DNA of 64,000 nt from an uncultured Clostridia bacterium (GTDB lineage: Bacteria; Bacillota; Clostridia; TANB77; CAG-508): positions 18,480 to 82,479 of the forward strand of contig CAKPIG010000005.1 of the NCBI GenBank assembly GCA_934162255.1. The letters run 5' to 3'. The notes below the pieces were generated by a model. That model worked only from the letters and a program-made list of their open reading frames with translations, was not told the DNA's origin and ran no database searches. Position 1 is the first letter of the stretch. Every line of letters starts with the position of its first letter. A program made the position numbers and the translations under genes. Of the stretch, positions 45,678 through 55,891 are shown one piece after another.

Positions 45678-47624
45678 TTATAGTTCTATAAAATTAAAAT
45701 TTATTTGATTTTCTTCTAAAACTGCTTTTTCTCTTTTTGTACATGTTAATATTATTACTTGCCTATCTGAAAATTCATTTGCTAAATATTTTAAAATATT
45801 TTCTAATCTTTTTTTATCATAATAAGCAAATGCTTCATCTAATATTATTGGAACTTTTTCTTCTGAGATTTCATCCAACATAGATAATCTTAGTGATAAA
45901 TATAATTGGTCGATAGTTCCTATGCTCAATCTTTCTGCAGAAATATAATTTCCATTTTCTAGTTCTACAATTAATCCTTTTTCATCATTTAAATAAATAT
46001 TATTATATTTATCATTTGTTATTTTTGATATATTTTTAGATAATTTTTCTGTAAATATTGGACTCACATTATTTTTCATTTTTTCATATGCTTTTTCTAA
46101 CATTTCTCTTGCTATATTAATGCTTAGTGTTTCATCTTGTAAATCCTTATATTGCTCTTCAAGAGATTCTAACTCTTCTTCTATATTAGATAAATTATCT
46201 AATTGTGGCTCTATATTATTAAATTCTAGTTCTAATTTATTTAATTCCAATCTATCATTATTTATTTTATTTTCAATATAATTATTTTTTTCTTCTATAT
46301 CTATTAAAAATAATTTTTTAATTTCATTTTCATCTATAATTTTATATTTATTTATTGTTTTTTGTTGTTCTAAATTATTTAGCAAATTATTTTCCATATT
46401 TATTTTATTTATATCATTTATTATTTCTTGATAATTTTTTTCTATTATTTTTATTTCTTTTTCATAATTAATTTTTTCATCATTTATTTTTTCAATTTCT
46501 TTATTTTTATTTTTTTCTATTTCTTTTATTTTTTTATCTGATTTATTTTTAATTATTTTATATATAATTAAAAATATTGGTATTGTTATTAAAATTGAAT
46601 ATTTTACTATTTTATTATTAATTATTTGTGGCATAAATATTATCCATAAAATATTAATTAATATTAACAAAATAAATATAATATTTAATTTAATTTGCAT
46701 TTTATTTTTTTCTTTTTTATTTTTTGGATTGTTTTTTTCTTTTATTTTTTTATTTAATTCATCTTCTTTTTCTTCTATTTTATTTTTTAATATATTTATT
46801 TTATTTTTATTTTTTTCATTTATATTTTCTTTTATTTTTATTTTTTCTTTTTCCAAATTTTCTTTTTCTTTTATTTTTTTAATTTCTTTTATTAATTCAT
46901 TTTTTATTTCATCTTTTTTTATTTGATTTTTTAATTCGTTTTTTTCTTGTTCAATTTCATATTGTATATTTTCATATTTTTTTAATTCATTTATTTTTTG
47001 TGTATTTTTTTCTATTTTATTTTGAATTATATTTAATGGTTTTTCTTTGCTTCTTTCTGTTCCTATTTTTTCTAATTGTCTTTTCTTTAATTTTTCTAGA
47101 GCTTTATTATAAGAAATATTATCTTCACCTGTTCCTAATAAATTTGATATTTTTTGGATAAGCACACTCTGTGTTTCTTTTCCTATTTTTATTTCTTTTT
47201 GCATTGCTACAGATGTTGCTGTAAACATCTCTTCATTTATTCCTGTTTGCTCATAAAAAAATTCGCTTCCTTTATTTTTATCAATATTAAATTCTTTTGA
47301 AATATCTTCTCCATTTTCATTAAATATTATTGGATTTCTTTTATTGAATTCTCTATATATTTCATATTTATTTTTATTATCTAGTTCATATAATAATTTT
47401 CCAGAAAATTCTTCTGAATTCCATGGTTTATATTTTTCAAAATCTGATATTTCTTTTCCTTTTTTATTTTTTGATATTCCATAAAAAATATTTAAAATAA
47501 ATTTCAATAAAGTAGACTTTCCACTTTCATTTTCTCCATATATTATATTTATATTATTATTTAATTCTATTTCTTTATTTTTTAATTTTCCATATGAATT
47601 AATTTTTATTTTATTTATTTTCAT
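45678..47624 (-). CDS. Rad50/SbcC-like AAA ATPase of the YhaN type, with a central TM hairpin
   Basis: 648 aa with N-terminal Walker A GENESGKST, long Lys/Glu/Asn coiled coils, two hydrophobic helices in the middle (IIFILLILINILWIIF, YSILITIPIFLIIY), a C-terminal signature LSIGTIDQLYLSLRL and Walker B IILDEAF. Confidence 0.75.
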   Translation of the reverse strand: MKINKIKINSYGKLKNKEIELNNNINIIYGENESGKSTLLKFILNIFYGISKNKKGKEISDFEKYKPWNSEEFSGKLLYELDNKNKYEIYREFNKRNPIIFNENGEDISKEFNIDKNKGSEFFYEQTGINEEMFTATSVAMQKEIKIGKETQSVLIQKISNLLGTGEDNISYNKALEKLKKRQLEKIGTERSKEKPLNIIQNKIEKNTQKINELKKYENIQYEIEQEKNELKNQIKKDEIKNELIKEIKKIKEKENLEKEKIKIKENINEKNKNKINILKNKIEEKEDELNKKIKEKNNPKNKKEKNKMQIKLNIIFILLILINILWIIFMPQIINNKIVKYSILITIPIFLIIYKIIKNKSDKKIKEIEKNKNKEIEKINDEKINYEKEIKIIEKNYQEIINDINKINMENNLLNNLEQQKTINKYKIIDENEIKKLFLIDIEEKNNYIENKINNDRLELNKLELEFNNIEPQLDNLSNIEEELESLEEQYKDLQDETLSINIAREMLEKAYEKMKNNVSPIFTEKLSKNISKITNDKYNNIYLNDEKGLIVELENGNYISAERLSIGTIDQLYLSLRLSMLDEISEEKVPIILDEAFAYYDKKRLENILKYLANEFSDRQVIILTCTKREKAVLEENQINFNFIEL

Positions 47625-48684
47625 CTAATATCTCCATTCCTATCTCAAATGCTTTTTCTATTGTTTTTTTATCATATTCATTATTTTTTAATAATTTTAA
47701 TATTTCTTCTGCAAATAATCCCTTTAATGTTTTTTGATTTGATATTTTTTCTATATCATAATTTATTTTTGTTTTATTTTCTATTTTTATTATTTGAATT
47801 GGTAATTCATATTTATATAATTCATATTTTTCAATTTCAAAATTTCTTTTTCCTGTTAAAATAATTTTATATAAATAATTTTCTGCTAATTTTAAATTAT
47901 TTATTTTTTCTATTATTTCTTCTATTGATTTTATTTCTGTACAGTCTAATTCTATTTGAGAAAATTTATTTTCTTCCAATTCTATATATTCAATTTTTCG
48001 TTTTTCTGTATCTCCTACTATCATTCCATGTTTTCCTATTTCATCAAAACCTAAAGAAATAGTTGAACCGGGATAAATTATTTTTTCATTTTCTGAATAG
48101 TTTGTTTTATGTATATGCCCTAATGCAATATAATCAAATCCTTTTTCCTCTAGCATTTTTTTACTCATAGAATTATATTGTTTGTCTTCTATTGTAGCTC
48201 CATCAAGTGTACCATGTATTACTAATATATTTGTTTTTGATGGATTTTCAATTTTTAAATCTTCAATTCCTGATTCCATACAATAAAAGTCGTCAAAACC
48301 ATATCCATATATATCTGCTTCTTCTGTTTCTATTTTTGATATTTTTGAGTTAAATATATGAACATTTTTATTCCAATTAAATGTATTGTAATATGACTTT
48401 TTTAAAAATGGGTCATGATTTCCTGGTGCAATAAATATTTGTGTATTTTCTATTTCTTTAAATAAATCATTTATATATTCTATTGTTGATTTTCTTATAT
48501 GTTTATGTTCATATAAATCTCCTGCAATAAAAAAATATTTTATATTTTCCTCTTTTATATACTCTATTATTTTTTTAAATATTTTTCTTTGTTCCATTCT
48601 TTTTTTATCACCTAAATTGCCTTGGTCTGATAAGGCTATAAATGGTGCGTCAAAATGCATGTCTGCTATATGTACAAATTTCAT
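47611..48684 (-). CDS. SbcD/Mre11-like metallophosphoesterase (YhaO type)
   Basis: HIADMHFD, GDLYE and GNHDPF motifs. It overlaps the downstream ATPase gene by 14 nt. Confidence 0.8.
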   Translation of the reverse strand: MKFVHIADMHFDAPFIALSDQGNLGDKKRMEQRKIFKKIIEYIKEENIKYFFIAGDLYEHKHIRKSTIEYINDLFKEIENTQIFIAPGNHDPFLKKSYYNTFNWNKNVHIFNSKISKIETEEADIYGYGFDDFYCMESGIEDLKIENPSKTNILVIHGTLDGATIEDKQYNSMSKKMLEEKGFDYIALGHIHKTNYSENEKIIYPGSTISLGFDEIGKHGMIVGDTEKRKIEYIELEENKFSQIELDCTEIKSIEEIIEKINNLKLAENYLYKIILTGKRNFEIEKYELYKYELPIQIIKIENKTKINYDIEKISNQKTLKGLFAEEILKLLKNNEYDKKTIEKAFEIGMEILDENK

Positions 48685-48758
48685 CTTTTGCTCCTTTCTG
48701 CAACATTTGTTTGCATTATATCATTTAAATTATTTTTCTTCAATATTATTTTCAATAA

Positions 48759-48786
48759 AAAAGATACCTTTTTCAAGATATCTTTT
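48759..48786 (-). terminator. Terminator downstream of the YhgE-like gene
   Basis: AAAAGATA / TATCTTTT stem with a 12-nt loop and T-rich flanks. The stem is AT-rich, so confidence is modest. Confidence 0.45.
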
Positions 48787-48792
48787 TATTAT

Positions 48793-50682
48793 TTAATTTT
48801 CTTCTTTTTTTAGTGGATCTGTCATTAATATAAATTTAACATTTCCATTCATTTCTTCATCTTTCATTGCAAAATTTACATATTGTTTTGATAATTCATT
48901 TAAACAATCGATTCTATCTGTTAAATCTTTAACTTCTCCATTTACTGTTGTATAGATTTTATCTATTGCTTCTGCATTAAATTCTATTATTCCTTCAGAT
49001 AAAGTAATAGCTCCTTCTGCTATTGTTTTTGAACCATCTGTTAATTGTGTACTTGCATTATATAATTGGTTTGTACTTTGATTTACTGTTGCTACACCCG
49101 ATGTTAAGCTTGTTGTTCCTGTTTTTATTTGTTTTATTCCAGAAATTAAACTTCCTGCACTTGTTGAAAGTGTTTGTGTTCCAGAAACTAATTCATCAAC
49201 TTTACTATTCATTTCATTTAAACCTGATGATAATGTATTTAAATTACTATCTAATGATTTTGCTCCATCTACTAATCCTGGTTTTTCTGCATTTCCATCT
49301 AATCCTGCTTTTATTTTGTTTATTCCTGTTTTTAATGCTGGCATTGATTGTAACGATGATATATTACTTTCTATACTTTTTATTGAAAGTTCATTCATTG
49401 CTTTTTGATTTGTAAGTAATGTTGCAAGCTCTTTATTTTCTTCTGCTGTTGCAGCTTGAATTTGAGCATCTAAAGCTTTATTCATATTTTCTAAGTTAGT
49501 TTTTAATAAATTTAAGCTTTGGACTTGTTCAGGAATTTTACTTACATCAACACTAGATAATTGTTGACTAATAGTATTTATTCCAGCAGAAATATCTTGA
49601 ATTCCACTATCTATACTTGTTGCTCCTTCTGCTAATTTTTCAGTTGATTCTGCAGCATAGTTTATTTTTTCTTTTAATGTACTTGTTCCTTCTGCAATTT
49701 TTGTTACTCCTGGTACTAAAGCTTCTGATTTACTTGCAAGTTGATTTACACCATTTTGTACTTGTTTTGCTCCAGCTTCTGCTTTAGTTGTTCCTTTTGC
49801 TAATTCTCCCATATATGATGTAAATTCTTCTGATTTTTCTGCATAATTTTCAGTTCCTTCTTTTAAAGTATTAGCACCTTCTTCTATTTGTTCACTTGCT
49901 TCTTTCATCTGGTCTACAGCATCATATATTTCTTTTAAATCACTTGTTAATTTTCCATCTTCATCATCTAATATTTTGGGTGTTATATATGTTAATATAT
50001 TATCTAATTCAAAACATTCTGTGTCCATTGTTATCTCAATGTTTTCTGGTATTTCTATTCTGTTTGTATTTAGACTTGCTTCCATTCCAGGGAATGCTAT
50101 TCCTATTGCAATTGTATTTCCGTCTTTTTCTATTAATTTTCCATTTGTTATTTCTATGTTTTTATTTACCTTATTATCTATTGCTGTTCCTGTAATTGTT
50201 ATAAATGGTGTATATAATGTTTCATTTTTTCCGTTTACTTTCACTATATGTGAATCTTTATTTTCATATTCTATTATTATTTTTACTTTTCCTGCTTTCC
50301 CTACAATATCTTTTGCAGACATTTCTTCTCCATTTAATTCATATTTTATTGACGTTTCTACAGGTAAAGATTTTGTTGATTCTCCTTGATAATATATATC
50401 ATTTTCTCCTGCATTCCATACAACTGTATTATTATCTATTGAAAATGTTTCATCTCCTCCAACATTTTTTATATTTAATAAATCTGACATATCACTAATT
50501 ACTTGTAATAATTCTTCATTTTTTATATGTGTACTTACAATTGTATTATATGATTTTCCAGCATTATCTAATTTTGAATATACTGTTTCTTCTTTTGTTA
50601 AAGCAAATACAGGTGCTGTGTAACAAAGCATTGAGCATAAAGCAATACTACTTATTACTTTTTTTCCGATTCCTTTTTTCAT
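48793..50682 (-). CDS. YhgE/Pip-N-terminal-domain-like secreted protein with X-X-X-Leu-X-X-Gly heptad repeats
   Basis: 629 aa with a signal peptide and a long repetitive helical region (LKEGTENY..., LAKGTTKAEAGAKQVQNGVNQL..., LAEGATSIDSGIQDISAGINTI...). It lies directly downstream of the MMPL gene. Confidence 0.65.
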   Translation of the reverse strand: MKKGIGKKVISSIALCSMLCYTAPVFALTKEETVYSKLDNAGKSYNTIVSTHIKNEELLQVISDMSDLLNIKNVGGDETFSIDNNTVVWNAGENDIYYQGESTKSLPVETSIKYELNGEEMSAKDIVGKAGKVKIIIEYENKDSHIVKVNGKNETLYTPFITITGTAIDNKVNKNIEITNGKLIEKDGNTIAIGIAFPGMEASLNTNRIEIPENIEITMDTECFELDNILTYITPKILDDEDGKLTSDLKEIYDAVDQMKEASEQIEEGANTLKEGTENYAEKSEEFTSYMGELAKGTTKAEAGAKQVQNGVNQLASKSEALVPGVTKIAEGTSTLKEKINYAAESTEKLAEGATSIDSGIQDISAGINTISQQLSSVDVSKIPEQVQSLNLLKTNLENMNKALDAQIQAATAEENKELATLLTNQKAMNELSIKSIESNISSLQSMPALKTGINKIKAGLDGNAEKPGLVDGAKSLDSNLNTLSSGLNEMNSKVDELVSGTQTLSTSAGSLISGIKQIKTGTTSLTSGVATVNQSTNQLYNASTQLTDGSKTIAEGAITLSEGIIEFNAEAIDKIYTTVNGEVKDLTDRIDCLNELSKQYVNFAMKDEEMNGNVKFILMTDPLKKEEN

Positions 50683-50696
50683 AATTTTTCTCCTCC

Positions 50697-52769
50697 TTAA
50701 TTTTCTATTTTTCTCATACCTATTGTTGTTTTACATATTATTTTATCAAATAACATTAAGAATGCTGGTAATACTGTTAGTACTGTAACCATACTTACTA
50801 TTGCTCCTCTTGCCATTAGGCTACATAGTGAACCTATCATTTCTATTTTTGAATATACTCCAACTCCAAATGTAGCTCCAAAAAAGCTTAATCCACTTAC
50901 TACTATTGATTGTATAGAAGTTCCTAATGCTTCATCTATTGCATCATGTTTATTTTTACCTTCTATTCTTGCTGTTTTATATTTTGTTGTAATTAATATT
51001 GCATAATCTATTGTTGCTCCTAATTGAATTGTTCCAATTACTATTGATGCTACAAATGGTAATGCTGTTCCTGTATATGCCGGTATTCCCATATTTATGA
51101 ATATTGCAAATTCAATTACTATAATTAATATTACTGGCAAACTTATTGATTTTAATACTAACATCATTATTACAAATATTATTGCAATTGAAACTGTATT
51201 TACACTATTAAAGTCGTGGTCACTTATTTCTACTAAATCTTTCATAAGAGGACCTTCACCTGCTAGTATTGCTGTGTCATCATATTTTTTAATAATCTCA
51301 TTTACTTTTGCAATTTGTTCATTTAATTCATCAGTTGCCATTTCATATTTTGAATTGATTATTATCATTTGATATTTATCACTTTCAAATATTTTTGATA
51401 AATCTTCAGGTATCATATCTTTTGGTATCATTGTTTGTTCAGATATTCTTGAATAACTTAATGTCCATTCTATTCCATCTAATTTATCAATTTCATCTAA
51501 CATTTGATTTATTTTATAATCATCCATATTTTTGTCTACAAGTAATACTTCTGTTGAAACCATATCGAACTTATCTTTTAATTCATTATTTGCTATAATA
51601 CTTTGTAAACTCTCTGGTAAAGACCTGTCAAGGTTATAATAACTTTCTGTATGTGTATATCCATAAATTGCAAATGGTAATATAATTACGAATATTACAA
51701 TTATTGCTTTATAATGTTTTATATTGAAATTTTTTATTTTTTCAAATCTTGGTAAGATTTCTCTATGTGTAGTTTTTTCTATTGCTTTATCAAATATTAA
51801 TATCATTGCTGGTAATACTGTTACAACACATATTAATCCAAATAATACACCTTTTGCCATTACAATTCCGATATCTTTTCCTAATGTTAGGTTCATGCTA
51901 CATAGTGCTAAGAATCCTGCTATTGTTGTTAATGAACTTCCTAGTACAGATACTAATGTTTTTGATATTGCATGTGCCATTGCTTCATCATTGTTTTTAT
52001 AATTATTTTTTTCTGCTTTATAGCTATGGTATAAGAATATTGCAAAATCCATTGTTACACCTAGTTGTAATACTGCACTAATTGCTTTTGTTATATAAGA
52101 TATTTCTCCTAAGAATATGTTTGTTCCCATATTGTATAATATTGCAATTCCTATATTTAAAAGCATTAATATTGGTGCTAAATATGAGTCTAATGCTAGT
52201 TGTAAAATTAATAAACATAGTGCAACTGCAATTACTACATATATTGCAACTTCTGAATTAGATAAATCTCTTGTATCTAATACAACTGCTGACATTCCAC
52301 TTATTTTGCATCTCTCATCTGTTTTTTCTCTTAAATTTTCAATTGTTTTTAATGTTGCATCATCTGATATTCCTTCTTTAAATGTTACTAAAATTGGTGT
52401 TGAACCATCTTTGTAAATCTTGTCTTTTATGCTATCTGGTAACATTTCTAGTGGTATTGATTTTCCTGTAACATCTGCTACTCCTATTACTTTTTCAACA
52501 TTATCCATATTTCTAAATTCATCTTCTAATTTTAGAATATCTTTTGTTTCCATGTTGTCTAAGATAACTACAGAAAAAGCTCCCATATTAAAATCTTTTG
52601 CTAATATATTTTCGCCTTTTATTGTTTCTATATCATCTGGCAGATAAACTAATATATCGTAATTTACTCTTGTTGCCATATATCCAAATATTGATGGTAT
52701 TAAAAGCAATATTGAAACTATTAAAATAATTTTTTTATGTTTGCATACAAACTCTCCAAACTTCTCCAT
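50697..52769 (-). CDS. MMPL/RND-superfamily membrane transporter
   Basis: 690 aa with two 6-TM bundles, each preceded by a soluble loop domain. This is the typical MMPL duplication. Confidence 0.8.
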   Translation of the reverse strand: MEKFGEFVCKHKKIILIVSILLLIPSIFGYMATRVNYDILVYLPDDIETIKGENILAKDFNMGAFSVVILDNMETKDILKLEDEFRNMDNVEKVIGVADVTGKSIPLEMLPDSIKDKIYKDGSTPILVTFKEGISDDATLKTIENLREKTDERCKISGMSAVVLDTRDLSNSEVAIYVVIAVALCLLILQLALDSYLAPILMLLNIGIAILYNMGTNIFLGEISYITKAISAVLQLGVTMDFAIFLYHSYKAEKNNYKNNDEAMAHAISKTLVSVLGSSLTTIAGFLALCSMNLTLGKDIGIVMAKGVLFGLICVVTVLPAMILIFDKAIEKTTHREILPRFEKIKNFNIKHYKAIIVIFVIILPFAIYGYTHTESYYNLDRSLPESLQSIIANNELKDKFDMVSTEVLLVDKNMDDYKINQMLDEIDKLDGIEWTLSYSRISEQTMIPKDMIPEDLSKIFESDKYQMIIINSKYEMATDELNEQIAKVNEIIKKYDDTAILAGEGPLMKDLVEISDHDFNSVNTVSIAIIFVIMMLVLKSISLPVILIIVIEFAIFINMGIPAYTGTALPFVASIVIGTIQLGATIDYAILITTKYKTARIEGKNKHDAIDEALGTSIQSIVVSGLSFFGATFGVGVYSKIEMIGSLCSLMARGAIVSMVTVLTVLPAFLMLFDKIICKTTIGMRKIEN

Positions 52770-52789
52770 TTTTACCTCCTATCTCTTAC

Positions 52790-52890
52790 TGACTAACAGT
52801 CACTTTTAATAGTATACTCTTTTAATGACTAATAGTCAATACTTTTTTAACATTTTTTACTATTTTTTTATATTTTATTGACCAATCGTC
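52790..52890. promoter_or_regulatory. Candidate TetR operators in the divergent MMPL/tetR intergenic region
   Basis: Two perfect palindromes, TGACTAACAGTCA (52790..52802) and TGACTAATAGTCA (52826..52838), plus a degenerate copy TGACCAATCGTC (52879..52890). Confidence 0.55.
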
Positions 52891-52932
52891 TATTTTGTGC
52901 AATAATAATATATATGTAGGAGGCTTGTTTTT

Positions 52933-53541
52933 ATGAAAAAAATTAATAATAATGATGATAATAATAAAGGAAATAAAGAAGAAAGATTACTAAACACAGG
53001 TTTTAAATTGTTTACCGAAAAAGGATTTAAAGATACTTCTATTCAAGATATTGTTGACAATGCAAATGTTGCAAAGGGAACTTTTTATTTATATTTTAAA
53101 GACAAATATGAATTAAGAGATATTTTAATTGCAAAAAAATCAATGGCATTATTTACAGATGCAATAAATTCATTACACGAAAATTATATTGAAAATTTTT
53201 CGGATCAAATTATTTTTGTAATTAATTATATTATAGATGAACTTTCTAAGTCTCCTGTTTTATTAAAATTTATTTCAAAAAATTTATCATGGGGGCTTTA
53301 TAGTCAGACTGTTTTAAAACTTTATGATAATAATAAAGAATCTGAAAACGGTCTTGTTTATTTATTTTTAAACGGAGTAAAAGAAAATAATTTAAATTTA
53401 AAAAATCCAGAAGTTACTCTTTATATGATTATTGAACTGGTTAGTTCTACTTGTTTCAATTCTATTTTATATGGAGAACCTCTGCCTATAAAAGATTTTA
53501 AACCATATTTATATGATTTAATTAGAAATATGCTAAAATAG
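52933..53541 (+). CDS. TetR/AcrR-family transcriptional regulator
   Basis: N-terminal HTH FTEKGFKDTSIQDIVDNANVAKGTFYLYFKDK. It is divergent from the MMPL transporter gene. Confidence 0.85.
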   Translation: MKKINNNDDNNKGNKEERLLNTGFKLFTEKGFKDTSIQDIVDNANVAKGTFYLYFKDKYELRDILIAKKSMALFTDAINSLHENYIENFSDQIIFVINYIIDELSKSPVLLKFISKNLSWGLYSQTVLKLYDNNKESENGLVYLFLNGVKENNLNLKNPEVTLYMIIELVSSTCFNSILYGEPLPIKDFKPYLYDLIRNMLK

Positions 53542-53571
53542 CCTCGGACTTTAAATCCAAGGCTATTTTTT
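53538..53571. terminator. Bidirectional terminator between tetR and the coupling-protein gene
   Basis: ATAGCCT...AGGCTAT stem with an inner GGA/TCC pairing, followed by T6. Confidence 0.65.
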
Positions 53572-53579
53572 ATTAAAAA

Positions 53580-55577
53580 TTATTCATCAAGTGACCCAAA
53601 TAATTCATCAAATTTTGCTTCTAATTCTTTTTGTAAATCATATGTATCTTCCTCTTCTTGCATAGGTATAGTGTCATTACTTATTGTGCCAATAGGTTCA
53701 CTTACTTCTTCTTTAATTTCTTCTTTTGCAGGTTCTTTTATTGGTTCTTCTTGTTTTTTTTCTGTTTCTGCTGGTACATCTTCAAACAAGTCATCTAAAG
53801 ATTCTACTTTTAAATTTTGAACTGCTTTTTCAGTTTTGTCTTCTGTCCAAGGATTATATGGATTAAACTTTCTCCAAACACCTCTATCTAATTCTTCAAT
53901 ATCATTATGGCTAATTGCTACTTTTTTTAAATTATTATACATATTTTTATGTTTAAAATAGTAATATTTATTTGCTTTTACAGGTTTAATTCCTTTTTCA
54001 AATATTATACATAAATCATTATCTAATCTTCTTAGCTCATCAGGAGTCATTAATGCTCTTGCCATTACTTGATCAGATGTACTTTGACCTGTTTTCCAAT
54101 ACTGTCTGTCTCTATTTATTGATACACTATCTCTTTCAATTGTCTTCTCTCCCAATGCTTTTGAGAAATATTCTACAGTCTTATATGAGTTACTTCCTAA
54201 GAATACATGTGTATCACAGTTACCAATTATTGTTTCATATGATTTCTCATATGTAGCTTCTAGCTGATCTAAGTTTTGTAAAATTACACTAAACGATATT
54301 TTTCTACTTCTTGATGTTGATATTTTTTTATCAAAATCTGGTATCTTTCCTATATTTGCAAACTCATCTAGTATGAAAAATGTTCTAACTTTTAATTCTC
54401 CTCCATTATCATCTGCATAATTATATAATTGTTGAATCATTTGTGAAAAGAATATTGTAAGTAAAAAGTCATATGCCGTATGTGTATCTGATGATATTAC
54501 ATATACTGCTGTTTTTTTGTTTCCTATATCTTCAAATTTTATTGTATCTGTTGATGTTAGTTCTGCAATTTCTTTTGAATCAAATTTACCTAATTTTGAT
54601 TGTAGTGTACTTAATATTGAGCTATATGTCTTTTCTGGTGCTATTTCAATAGATTTGTAATTCATTCTTGCAGGATGATCATATGGAAGTTTACTCATTA
54701 ATTCTGAAAGTAAATTACTTCCTCCATTTGAATTTGCTGCTCTTACAAGTTCCGCACAACTTGCTAAGTTTTGCTCTTCTGCTGGCCTTGTTGCTAATAA
54801 ATAGTATATTAGTGCTTTTAATAACATTTCAGCAGAATCTTCCCAGAATGGGTCTGAACTAGCTCCATCTGATTTTTGTCCTTTTACTATTGTATTTGCA
54901 ATAACATCTACATCTATTTCTGATGTAACATGTGCTAATGGATTATACCCATCACTATTTTGTGGTTTTACTAAGTTTAAAACTTTTATTTCATATCCAT
55001 TTTCTTTTAGATATCCTGCTGTTTGGTCATATAGTTCACCTTTAGGATCTGTAAATACATATGATCCTAATAATTGATATGCATTTGGAATTGAGTATGA
55101 TGCAGATTTACCTGAACCTGAGCCACCGACTACTAGGACATTTATATTTCCTATTTTTGTTACAGGTAAATAGTTATTTTCTGCTAAAATTATTCCATTT
55201 TTATTATCTAATACTTGATATTGTTCTCCATTTTTGCTCCAGTCACTTGAACCATGTTCAAAATCTGTAAATTCATTTTTGGGTGCAGATCTTGCAACCC
55301 CTACAATAAAGAATAGTGCAAAAAATATTGAAAATCCTCCTAATGCTTTAAAATATGTTCCAAATAGATTTCTTGATGCGAGTTCTGATATTCCCCTAAT
55401 TGGATTTTTCATTGTTTCTAATAATAATGTTATTGCATTTGAACTATCAACTGACATTTCATTATGACATATTGTTATAGGCACAATTAATACTATGGCT
55501 ATAAATAACCATAGTATTCCAAATATCCAAAAATATTTTCTATTTCTTCTTAATGCTCCTTCAACTTTGTAATTCAT
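53580..55577 (-). CDS. VirD4/TraG-type type IV coupling protein (T4CP)
   Basis: 665 aa with two N-terminal TM helices, Walker A VVGGSGSGKSAS, FTDPKGELY, Walker B FFILDEFANIG, the motif order characteristic of T4CPs, and an acidic C-terminal tail. Confidence 0.8.
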   Translation of the reverse strand: MNYKVEGALRRNRKYFWIFGILWLFIAIVLIVPITICHNEMSVDSSNAITLLLETMKNPIRGISELASRNLFGTYFKALGGFSIFFALFFIVGVARSAPKNEFTDFEHGSSDWSKNGEQYQVLDNKNGIILAENNYLPVTKIGNINVLVVGGSGSGKSASYSIPNAYQLLGSYVFTDPKGELYDQTAGYLKENGYEIKVLNLVKPQNSDGYNPLAHVTSEIDVDVIANTIVKGQKSDGASSDPFWEDSAEMLLKALIYYLLATRPAEEQNLASCAELVRAANSNGGSNLLSELMSKLPYDHPARMNYKSIEIAPEKTYSSILSTLQSKLGKFDSKEIAELTSTDTIKFEDIGNKKTAVYVISSDTHTAYDFLLTIFFSQMIQQLYNYADDNGGELKVRTFFILDEFANIGKIPDFDKKISTSRSRKISFSVILQNLDQLEATYEKSYETIIGNCDTHVFLGSNSYKTVEYFSKALGEKTIERDSVSINRDRQYWKTGQSTSDQVMARALMTPDELRRLDNDLCIIFEKGIKPVKANKYYYFKHKNMYNNLKKVAISHNDIEELDRGVWRKFNPYNPWTEDKTEKAVQNLKVESLDDLFEDVPAETEKKQEEPIKEPAKEEIKEEVSEPIGTISNDTIPMQEEEDTYDLQKELEAKFDELFGSLDE

Positions 55578-55604
55578 TTATAAATCACCTTCTCTTTGGT
55601 TTGA

Positions 55605-55877
55605 TTAATCTGTAATTTCTTTATCTTTACTATTTTTGCTTTTTGTTTTTTCGTTGTTATATGCTTTTATTGATAAGTAGTTTCCTTTATCTTCTACTCC
55701 CTTTTGATTAACTAAGTTTTCCATTACTGATTTATGTAATTTTCCTTTAGCTTCTAAATTCCATTCTGCTTCTAATTTTCCTCTTACTTGCTGAACTACT
55801 TCTAATACTCTTATTTCGGTATCAATATCTTTTTGCCCCGCTGCTTTTCCAATTTTCTTTACCGTGCCATTTGCCAT
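55605..55877 (-). CDS. Hypothetical small protein
   Basis: 90 aa, Lys-rich, lying between the 173-aa ORF and the T4CP gene with gaps of 14 and 27 nt. GGAGG RBS. Confidence 0.55.
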   Translation of the reverse strand: MANGTVKKIGKAAGQKDIDTEIRVLEVVQQVRGKLEAEWNLEAKGKLHKSVMENLVNQKGVEDKGNYLSIKAYNNEKTKSKNSKDKEITD

Positions 55878-55891
55878 AGTAAATTGCCTCC

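Noticed and set aside
46300-47000. A periodic, extremely A/T-rich stretch that superficially looks like a tandem-repeat or CRISPR-like region.
   Set aside because: It is the Lys/Glu/Asn/Ile-rich coiled-coil coding region of the YhaN-like ATPase, in one continuous open frame. There is no repeat-spacer architecture with conserved repeats.
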